Positions 1-9,400 of a DNA stretch of 36,939 nucleotides are shown here, in pieces; the first letter of the stretch is position 1, and the number at the start of each line of letters is the position of its first letter. The DNA is from a virus (lineage: Duplodnaviria; Caudoviricetes): IMG/VR virus record IMGVR_UViG_3300017708_001641, positions 1 to 36,939 of that record, one strand, 5' to 3'. The position numbers and the translations under genes are program-made. The notes beneath the pieces are model-generated. The model saw nothing but the letters and a program-made list of their open reading frames with translations, did not search any database and was not told the DNA's origin.

Positions 1-1
1 T

Positions 2-241
2 GCAACATGTCCATCTCCTATAGTTTCACCACCTGTGAATCAAACAACAAATAATCCTGATGGAAGTTCTGAAAATATCACTAGATCATACTTACTATCA
101 CCACTTTTAGGACCTGGTTGCCAAAACTGGGTTGCAACGGGAACTATTCCAATGTTTAATAATCTAACAGGATCAGCATCAAGAGTAACTGCGGCAACAG
201 AAGCCTATGGCAATCCATACGATGAGGGGTTTGCAAACTAA
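2..241 (+). CDS. 3' end of a hypothetical (probably virion-associated) phage protein, partial
   Basis: Frame 2 is open from the window start (ATCPSPIVSPPVNQTT...) to TAA at 239-241. The stop overlaps the next ATG (TAATG). The GTG at 35 in the ORF track is probably not the true start. Confidence 0.7.
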   Translation, partial: ATCPSPIVSPPVNQTTNNPDGSSENITRSYLLSPLLGPGCQNWVATGTIPMFNNLTGSASRVTAATEAYGNPYDEGFAN

Positions 242-792
242 TGGCTAGTATATTGGGAGCAGCATTGTATATGGGCACCTGCAGTGGGCATGGAAAGGGT
301 GCTGGGTGTACATTTCATCCAGGTCATGGTGGAGGTACGCTGCCCGATTGCCCACACCAACCCCTGACAGAAACAATCAGTAAGGTTCCTGTCATAAGCA
401 ATGAACCTGTATGTACTTGGGCACCACATCCCCAAACCCCATTGACACCTCCAATAACGAATGTTATAATTAACAAGTTGTTTCCAATACTCGATAAGGA
501 TGCGCTGATTCCACATCCAACGGTTGTAATGTTCACAACGACTTCAGTATCTGATAAATGTTTTGTAACATTACCAACACCAGCATGGCATTGCACCTTA
601 GGTGCTAATAGTCCAAGAGAGTTGAAAGTTGGTCATCCTAGAGTCTTACATGCTACTTCTAAAACTGTCTTTGTAAATAAAAGACCACTTGGTAGATTTA
701 ATGACCCTTTCGGAACAATGACGGGTGCTGGACCATTTCCATGTTTATCCTTGGTTGGTGGTTGCAGTGCAAATGTATTTGTAGGTATTTAA
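241..792 (+). CDS. PAAR-like baseplate spike-tip protein (T4 gp5.4-like), His/Cys-rich with insertions
   Basis: It has an N-terminal G-x-C-S-G-H-G and PAAR-like segments: TNVIINKLFP..DKD...H, SKTVFVNKRPLGRFNDP and C...GGCSANVFVG. It lies just upstream of gp25/gp6. Confidence 0.8.
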   Translation: MASILGAALYMGTCSGHGKGAGCTFHPGHGGGTLPDCPHQPLTETISKVPVISNEPVCTWAPHPQTPLTPPITNVIINKLFPILDKDALIPHPTVVMFTTTSVSDKCFVTLPTPAWHCTLGANSPRELKVGHPRVLHATSKTVFVNKRPLGRFNDPFGTMTGAGPFPCLSLVGGCSANVFVGI

Positions 793-794
793 TT

Positions 795-941
795 ATGGCA
801 ACACGTTCAAAGTCTTTAAATGGTAATTTGATGATTGAGTCAAAACCTAAGAAGACTCGACAAGGCACTGGGCAGCATACAAAGTATGCTTCAACCAGTC
901 GTAATAATGCTAAGAAGCGTTATCGGGGTCAAGGGCGATAA
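795..941 (+). CDS. Small basic hypothetical protein (48 aa, MATRSKS...KKRYRGQGR)
   Basis: ATG at 795 starts three bases after the PAAR stop and fills the gap to the late promoter. It has 13 K/R and 1 acidic residue. The ORF-track start at 741 overlaps PAAR and is less likely. Confidence 0.7.
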   Translation: MATRSKSLNGNLMIESKPKKTRQGTGQHTKYASTSRNNAKKRYRGQGR

Positions 942-944
942 ATA
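937..944 (+). promoter_or_regulatory. T4-type late promoter (GATAAATA)
   Basis: Matches the NATAAATA gp55-sigma -10 consensus about 22 nt upstream of the gp25 ATG and contains the upstream stop codon. Confidence 0.75.
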
Positions 945-966
945 ATACGGACTGATCTGTATTTAA

Positions 967-1386
967 ATGGCGTTAAAGGAGATAACAGGACAACAATTTA
1001 CCAAATCTAAAGGATTTAGAGATATTAGTGTAGGTTTGTTGAAAAATCCTTTTACTGATGATGTATCATCCGTAACTAACGACAACGCCATTAAGCAGGC
1101 AATTAAAAATTTAGTTTTAACCATTCCTGGTGAAAAACCATTTCAACCAAACAAAGGATCTAGGGTAAATAGTTTACTATTTGAACCCCTGGATCCTTTT
1201 ACTGCAGATGCAGTCAAGGATGAGATCATAAATACAATTAATCAGTATGAACCCAGAGTACAACTCTCCAAAGTTATTGTTACACCAATTTATGAGGGTA
1301 ACAAATTAAATATTTTCGTTGAGTATCGAATAGTAGGGTTACCAATTGTCGAAACAATCACGTTTGTTTTACAGAGACCTGAATAA
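967..1386 (+). CDS. gp25: Baseplate wedge subunit gp25 (sheath initiator)
   Basis: 139 aa with GPW/gp25 motifs: AIKQAIKNLVLTIPGEKPFQPNKGS, LLFEP and INQYEPRV. Confidence 0.95.
   Translation: MALKEITGQQFTKSKGFRDISVGLLKNPFTDDVSSVTNDNAIKQAIKNLVLTIPGEKPFQPNKGSRVNSLLFEPLDPFTADAVKDEIINTINQYEPRVQLSKVIVTPIYEGNKLNIFVEYRIVGLPIVETITFVLQRPE
1227..1234 (+). promoter_or_regulatory. Possible internal late promoter (CATAAATA) upstream of gp6
   Basis: Exact NATAAATA match inside gp25, about 150 nt before the gp6 start. It could arise by chance in AT-rich DNA. Confidence 0.4.
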
Positions 1387-3488
1387 TGCAACCAAATAAT
1401 CTAACCGCCTTAGATTTTGATGACATCAAGGCATCAATCAAAGCATATCTAAGAACCCGATCAGAATTTACAGACTACGACTTTGATGGTTCAACCCTGT
1501 CGTATCTAGTTGATATGCTGGCGTTTAATACGTACTATACGTCGTTCAATGCTAATATGGCACTGAATGAAGTATTTTTAAATTCTTCAACTGTCAGAGA
1601 CAATGTTGTCGCAGTTGCGAAACTATTAAACTACACTCCAACATCTATTGCAACTGCTAAAGCATGTGTTAAGATTGAAGTTCAAACTTCTCTTATAAAT
1701 GGAGCATACCCAAGTACAGTTGTTCTCAGAAAGGGATCTATCGCAACTGGTGGCAATTATGTTTGGAATGTACTAAACAATGTCACTGCAACTGTTGATG
1801 CACAAACTGGTGTAGCAACCTTTGATAAGTTGGTTATACGTGAAGGAAATGTAATTAACTACTCTTATGTTGTAAATACATTTGCAAATCAAAATTATAT
1901 CATTCCTGCTCAAAATGTAGACACTACTACTCTATCAGTTAGAGTGAGAGCAAACGAATCTTCGACTTCATCAGATTTATATAATCAAGTTGATAATATT
2001 ACTGCTCTTGATGCATCTACTCGTATCTACTTCCTATTTGAAACGGAGGATATGAGATACCAACTTAGATTTGGTGATGGTGTTATTGGTAGATCTTTGA
2101 ACGATGGTGAGGTTATTGATCTTGAATATATGGTGACGAATGGTCCGACTGCTAATGAAATTAGGACATTCTCATTTATTGGTAAAGTTGTTGATAATAA
2201 TGGTAGAACATACTCTCCTGCTTCCGTTAAAATTACTGTTCTTGAGAATTCTCAACAGGGTAAAGGTGCAGAAACTATTGAGTCAATCAAATATAGCGCA
2301 CCTAGATTCTTTTCTGCTCAAAACCGAGCAGTTACAGCACAAGATTATGCTATCTTAACTAAAAAACTATACAACAATGCTGCATCGGTTGTCGCATATG
2401 GAGGAGATTCATTAAATCCTCCTGTTTATGGTAAAGTATATGTTGCAATTAAGACAAAAACTGGAACTAATCTCAACGTAGCAACTAAAAGAGAGGTTTC
2501 TGGTCTTTTGAGGAAATATGCGATGGCGTCTATTGACCCAATCGTCGTAGATCCCGATGATATGTACATTTATAATAAGATTTTTGCTCAATATGATACT
2601 GGATGCGGTTCTAACTCTTCTAGTATTAAGACTGACATTCAGACTTCTGTTCAAGATTGGGCAATTCAAACAGAGATTAATAACTTCAACTCCACATTCA
2701 GAGCAAACTCCTTCCAAAAAGCAATCGGACTTGCAAATAAGTGTATAAGTGACGTTTCTGTTCAAACTACACTTCTGAAGTATATTTCACCAGCAACTAA
2801 TCAAACTAACACATATTGTGTTTCTATTGGTTCTGGTTTGTATAATAGTTCTCCTAGTTCTGATGGTGATGGTGACGGAGGCGACGGCGGAGATGGTGAT
2901 GGCAATGGCAATGGAGATGGTAGTGGTGGTAATACCACTACGAAGTGCTATAAGGAACCTGTGATCCTCTCTGGCAAGTTTAGAACATATGATAGACCTG
3001 GTGTAGACCAGCAGTTTGAAGACGATGGTTACGGACTCCTGAGAACGTTCTACAATACAGGTAACAAAAAGGTATATACTGATAATGCTGCAGGTACTGT
3101 TAATTATGATACAGGACAAGTTTGTTTCGGTCCTGTAAATCTAATCGGTACTGGATCTAATATCCCAGATAATGCCAATGTTGTTATTACCGATGCCATC
3201 ACTGGTATTGGCACAATTGTCGATGAAACACCTGGCGCTGGACTTCCATTAGACTTGTTACTTCCTATTAATTTCATTCCTAGAAATAACGCAACTATTC
3301 CTGCAACAACTCTTGGAACAATTATCAATATCGTAACTCCAGACATTACAGTTGCCCCTATCGGCACAACTCCACCTCCCACCATACCACTAAATAGTTT
3401 GACGCCAGGAGAGTTCGATCAACGACCCACATTGATCACTATTCCTCCCATCGATAACTCAGGTTCTCTCACTAATAGTTGTTTCTAA
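1386..3488 (+). CDS. gp6: Baseplate wedge subunit gp6
   Basis: 700 aa with gp6 motifs: LDFDDIK, FTDYDFDGS, LAFNTYY, LRFGDGVIG, ETIESIK and QNRAVTAQDY...GKVYVAIK. Confidence 0.95.
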   Translation: MQPNNLTALDFDDIKASIKAYLRTRSEFTDYDFDGSTLSYLVDMLAFNTYYTSFNANMALNEVFLNSSTVRDNVVAVAKLLNYTPTSIATAKACVKIEVQTSLINGAYPSTVVLRKGSIATGGNYVWNVLNNVTATVDAQTGVATFDKLVIREGNVINYSYVVNTFANQNYIIPAQNVDTTTLSVRVRANESSTSSDLYNQVDNITALDASTRIYFLFETEDMRYQLRFGDGVIGRSLNDGEVIDLEYMVTNGPTANEIRTFSFIGKVVDNNGRTYSPASVKITVLENSQQGKGAETIESIKYSAPRFFSAQNRAVTAQDYAILTKKLYNNAASVVAYGGDSLNPPVYGKVYVAIKTKTGTNLNVATKREVSGLLRKYAMASIDPIVVDPDDMYIYNKIFAQYDTGCGSNSSSIKTDIQTSVQDWAIQTEINNFNSTFRANSFQKAIGLANKCISDVSVQTTLLKYISPATNQTNTYCVSIGSGLYNSSPSSDGDGDGGDGGDGDGNGNGDGSGGNTTTKCYKEPVILSGKFRTYDRPGVDQQFEDDGYGLLRTFYNTGNKKVYTDNAAGTVNYDTGQVCFGPVNLIGTGSNIPDNANVVITDAITGIGTIVDETPGAGLPLDLLLPINFIPRNNATIPATTLGTIINIVTPDITVAPIGTTPPPTIPLNSLTPGEFDQRPTLITIPPIDNSGSLTNSCF
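2862..2930 (+). repeat. Gly-Asp/Asn low-complexity insert in gp6 (DGDGDGGDGGDGDGNGNGDGSGG)
   Basis: Degenerate GATGGT/GACGGC/AATGGC hexamer run, in frame. Confidence 0.85.
3389..3396 (+). promoter_or_regulatory. Possible late promoter variant (ACTAAATA) upstream of gp7
   Basis: TAAATA core about 100 nt before the gp7 ATG, inside the 3' end of gp6, with one mismatch to NATAAATA. Confidence 0.35.
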
Positions 3489-3492
3489 TTAG

Positions 3493-6400
3493 ATGAATAA
3501 CGTAAATAAGGTCTCTCAATCAATCGCGGCTAAGGCTCCCGACTTCATTGGGTCTGAATACCCCTTGCTTGTCAAATTTGTAGAATATTACTACAGATCA
3601 CAAGAAAAGACTGGATTAGGTCAAAATATTATTAATAATTTTCTTGAATACTTAAATATCGATAAACTCGATGTTAGTATTCTTGATGGTGCCACAAAAC
3701 TAGTAGAATCAATTACTGCAGATTCAGAAACTATTGTTGTAGAAAGTGTTGATAAATTTCTTGAGAGAAATGGCACAGTTCTAATTGGCGACGAAATAAT
3801 TTATTATGAATCGACAACTAGTTCTCCTAATATTGCATTGAGTGCTGGTATTTCGTATGAACAGGTTAGAGTAAAATGGACTACTCTAGAAAACCTTATT
3901 GATGTTTTTGATGGAGTAACTCAAACTTTTCAATTACTGAGTCTTGGTAATCCCATCACTCCTCCACAATCTCAGTTTTTGATTGTAAGTCTTTATGGTC
4001 AAATTTTGTACCCTGATGTTGATTATCAGGTTAGTGGTACAACTATTACATTCACTTCAGCACCAAGAGCAAGAACTCCGTCTGATTCTACTGATCAGAC
4101 TTATATCTTCTTCCAAAAAGGATTCATTGAGAATAGTATCATCGCTTTGGATGATATTTCTGGATCTTTTGGAGAAGGTCAAAACCAATTTACACTTACT
4201 CGTAATGGAGAGGTATACGAACCAATTACTGATGAGTTTGTAATTGCTATTTACGATAACAAGTTGCTTGCTCCTAGGCAAGAATTTTTTATTGATGGTA
4301 GTCTGTTTATTTTTGAAGTACCACCTTTGAAAGGTAAGATCCTTTCTTTGTATTCGATTGAAGCACCTATTCCATCTTTTGGTGTTGGAGCACTTGGATA
4401 TGCTCGCATCAATAATAGTGGCGAACTCACTTCTATCTCCAATAGCGAGACTGGTTCGGGATATCAATTTGATTATCCTCCTAAGGTAAGCGTTAGTTCT
4501 GTTGCAGGTTCTGGTGGTTCTGCCACTGCTCTTATCAATGGTGTTAAGACTATTTCACTACTTGATGGTGGTTTAGGGTATAGTGATACAAACCCACCTG
4601 TAGTAGAAATTCAACAACCCACTAGAGAGGGTTCCTTGGTTGCTGGAATTACTGCTGAAGTAACTAATGGTAGTGTAAGTTCCTTAAGAATTACTAGTTC
4701 TGGTAGTGGATACACTTTCGATCCTAGAGTTACATTTAAGCAACCTGGTGGTGCCAAACTCCAAACACCTACTATCGGTTCTGGTCAAATCACAGGTACA
4801 ATCACTATAACTGATGGTGGTAGTGGATACACTACTGCTCCTGTTGTATATGTTGATGAACCTACTGGCGATAATGCAATTAGAGCAAGTTTTAGGTCTG
4901 TACTTACTAATGGTGTAGTTACAGAGATTGAAATTCTGAATAGAGGTCAGGGATATACCGAAGTACCTAGGATTGCAATTGTTGATCCTACTGGTGCTCA
5001 AGTTTTACAAACCAGAGTTGATGGAGATGGTAGAGTCATTGGAGTCGATCTTCTTAGTGGTGGATCTGGATATGATAATGTTCCCTCTGTTTATATCGTT
5101 GATAATAGAGATAATGGCGGAACAGGTGCTACAGCAGTAGCGTCAATTTTCAATGGTCAAATTACCGATATTAATATCACTGACTTTGGTAGTGGATATA
5201 GTGCTGCTTTCCCCCCAACACTTTTCATTCAAGATCCTCCAACTGCTAAAGCCTCCGTTACTATTGGTCTTAATGAGGTAACTGGTTATTCTATTAACAA
5301 ATCTGGTACTGGATATTCTAAGTCTCAGTTCCTGAATTGTGCAAGAGCTGCAAGTGGTATCACTAAGTACACTGAAGATGGAAATGCGGTATTTTCAAAT
5401 GATACCATGGCAATGGCAGCAGATATTGAAACAGAAATCAAATGCCTAGACTCTTTGTTTGTTAAGAGACTACTTGACAAATATACCGAGCAATATCTAC
5501 CAGATATCCCAGAACTTGATTATAAATCAATTGATGTAAGAACAGCAATTAAGACTGTTAGAGATTTCTATCAATCTAAGGGTACATCTTTCAGTATTTC
5601 ATATCTCTTTAAACTTCTTTATGGTGAGGACATCAGTGTTTCTTATCCTAAAGATCAAATTATCAAACCATCAGCATCTACTTGGTCTATTGACACAGTT
5701 CTGCGTGCAACTTTAGTTAGTGGAAATCCTGCAAATATTAGAGATGGTATCTTAAGTCAAGATGCAGATATTGCAGATGCTAACATTTCAGAAGCAACTG
5801 CTCTAGTTGAAAACTATATTGCTATTAATACATCCACTTTCACAATTTATGAATTAGTTCTTTCGGAAGAAACTATTGAGGGTGTTTTCACTGTTCCATA
5901 TAAAACTAAACTTGCCGAACCTCTTGATACAGAAGACACCATTATTACAGTTGACTCTACTGTTGGATGGCCTGAGAGAAATGGTCAGTTCCTAATTGGT
6001 GACACAGAAGTCGTTCAGTATAAAGAAAAGTCTCTGAACCAGTTTATTGAGTGTACTCGTGGTGAAGATAATAGTACTGCTCAAGTTTGGGATGCTGCAA
6101 CAGAAGTCACCTCTAACTTTAGAGTATACATCAACAAAGGAACTGATACTGAAGTTCAGTTGAATGTTGTTGGTATTGTTGATGCAGATCAAACAACATT
6201 GACAGATACTGGTTCTTATTACCTTCCTGGTGATAAATTAACTATTTCCAAGTTGGGTGGTACTTCTGATACTTCTGAATTGACAACTTGGTTGTATAAT
6301 GTTAAAAAACTGATTGAAGTTGATAGCATTACATTTAATAATGATGTTGCTACTGTTACTTGTACCAATGATCATGGTGTCTTAGTTGGAGACCAAGTTA

Positions 6401-9400
6401 CCATCTATGGTGCAAATCCAATCATCTATAACGGAACATTCTTAGTTACATCTAGAGATAGCACTAATATATTCCAATATCAATTGCCACAACCTGGTGT
6501 AATTGCACCTCAAGGCAATATTCTTGTTTCTATTGACCTTAACAAAGGAAAATCTACCAACTCTGCAGTTTTAAATGCAATTGGTCCATACACTACAAAT
6601 GTACAGAATACATTTTTCAATGATAACTACGTTTATGTTGCATCTACTGGCATTCCCAACTATAATATTGGACCTTTTCCAGGATCTGCACTTCTGCCTG
6701 GAAACCAGAGAAAACTAAATCGTTTCCCTAGAGTTTCTGCTACAATTTCTACAAAAAATGCTATCAATCCTGGTCCTATTGGAACCTGGATTAATGGTGT
6801 CTCAATTTGGTCTTATAAGTCTAATATTTCCAAAACCTTTGGTTCTCTGACAAGTATTGATGTTGTTAACGTAGGTCAGGGTTATGATGCTGCATTCCCA
6901 CCTTCTATTAGTGTAGTTGGTGGCGGTGGTACTGGTGCTGTAGCATCTGTTGTTGTCAATGGTTCTATCTCCTCTATCGACGTTAATGAAGGCGGTTCTG
7001 GGTACACTGAGTCTCCTCTAGTCTCTATTGTTGGTGGCAATGGTAGTGGTGCTACTGCGACTGCAATTATTACCAAAGGTGTTGTATCAAGAATTCTTAT
7101 TAATGATGGTGGAGTTGACTACACATCACAACCTTTAATCTCTATTGTTGGTGGCGGCGGCACTGGTGCTACTGCTACTGCAGCAGTTAGAGGTCCGATC
7201 AAATCAATTAGCGTAGAATCTGGAGGTTCTAGTTATACTTCTATTCCAGAGATTTCAATTACTTCTGGTTCTGGTGCTGTTGCTCAACCTATTGTAAGTA
7301 ACGGAAGAATTATTTCGGTTGCTATCATTAATGGTGGTAGTGGATACACTACTGCACCAGAAATTCAAATCCAAGGTGAAGGTTTTGGTGCTATTGCCAG
7401 AGCAACTATTGATATTGATGGTGAGAATGCAGGAAGAGTTACTGGAATTGAAATCGTAAACAAAGGTATTGGTTATGTTCAGGGTACTACTCTGATCAAT
7501 TTAACTTCAGTTGGTGAATTTGCACAATTCACTGCTAATATTTTCCAATGGAACTATAACCTTCAGTCCACATCAACATTTGATGCTGCTAAAGGTTCAG
7601 TCTTTGAAGGATTTAATAACCAGTATGGTGGTGAGTATGCTCATGTATCTAATCCCCAAAGACTGAGGTATGTTCTTGGGGATAACATGACCCTAACTTC
7701 TGCAGGAGAACTGCAGGAAGAAGACGAGTCTTTAGAGCACTCTCCTATTATCGGTTGGGCATTTGATGGTAATCCGATCTATGGTCCTTACGGATATGAA
7801 GATCCTACCGATCAATCGTCTACACTTAGAAGACTTCTGACTTCTTATAGAATTAAAGAATCTTTGATCTATGATGAGACTACTAATATCAGTCCTGTCA
7901 GAAACGATGGTCCTGAATTAAGCACTGATAGTGCTGGAACATTTATTGAAGATTATGAGTATGTTTTCAACCTAGGAGATCTTGACCAGTATAATGGTCG
8001 TTTCTGTAAGACACCTGAGTTTCCTGAGGGTCGATACGTTTATTTTGTGACTATTGATGCTACAGCAGCAGGTAATCCAGTATTCCCTTATGTATTGGGT
8101 CCAAGTTTTAATTCTATTGTTGATAAATGGAATCTTGATGCTAACGCAACACAGCAAAATATTCCTACTGGGGTTGTTAGATATCGCGATCCTTATGAAA
8201 ACGTTGATATTGACGTTCCTAGAATTCCAAATGCCTCAACAAATTCTCTATCACTAGAAGATGGTGATATTCTTTTGTTTGAAGTAGAAGATGAAAACAG
8301 AGATGGTGTTATAGATTCTTCAGAAACTGAAGATCCAGATCAAGTCTTTGAAGAATCTCCTTTACAATTGTTTGACTATTTCCCCAAGGTTAAAGAAGAT
8401 TCTAAAGTTGATATTGAAGTTGAAACAATTACTAAATTTGAAGATGCATCTGTTACTGGATTCTCAATTGAAAATCCTGGTATCAACTATCAAGTTGATG
8501 ACAGATTGGTCTTCGATAATACTGATACCGATGGTCTCGGCGTTTCTGCTAGAGTCTCTAGAATTCTTGGAGAAACAATTAGTTCATACGACTTTGAAAA
8601 CCTTAGTGGTGTAAGTTTTGGTAAAATTACAACTAGTGTACCTCATAACTTAGCAGTCGGAGATAGAATCTTTGCTGATTACACACCTATTATGGCAAAT
8701 ACGAACAAAGAGTTCGTTGTCAGACAATACAAGGGTATTGAAGAGATTGTAGTTACTCAAACTGGTTCTGGATATAATACTGATATTCCTCCTACCATTG
8801 TTATTGATGGTGACGGAACATCTGCTTCTCTTGAGGCAGTCGTAACTTCTGTTGGTTCTATTGATAAAGTTAATATCGTTAGTTCTGGTAATGGATACAC
8901 TGAAGATCCTAGAATCATTCTCTCACATCCTCAGATCTTTAAAAAGACAGATTACTTTGTTGGGTTGTTAGAAAACAATGATAATACTAAAGTTAATGAC
9001 ATTGTTGTAACTGAGGATAAAAAATCGTATGTCTGTGGCACCACTAAAAATGCTGCTGATGATACTGATGTGGCATTTGTTGCAAAATTCTCTGCAAATG
9101 GCACAATTGAATGGCAGAAAACACTTGTCAATACTACTGGTCTTGATTATACCGAATTTGTTAAACTTTATGTTGATGGAAATCAGGTTTGGGTTGCTGG
9201 ACTAACTAAACCCAATAGTCAGGTGGTTGATGCATATAATCCTGACATCATGCTTGCCAAATATGTCGAAGACGTTAATGGACTCAGTGCAACACTAGAA
9301 TGGCAGAAAGCATATGCTGGTATTTCTGGTGCTACTCGTGCAGATCACATTACATCACTAGAAAAATATTCTGACACTAGATTCATCATTGGTGGATTTA

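Noticed and set aside
741-794. ORF-track N-terminal extension of the small basic protein
   Set aside because: It overlaps the PAAR C-terminus in another frame. The ATG at 795 fits the tight gene packing better.
967-1386. Lysozyme activity for gp25
   Set aside because: This is a common legacy annotation. gp25 is structural and no lysozyme motif is visible.
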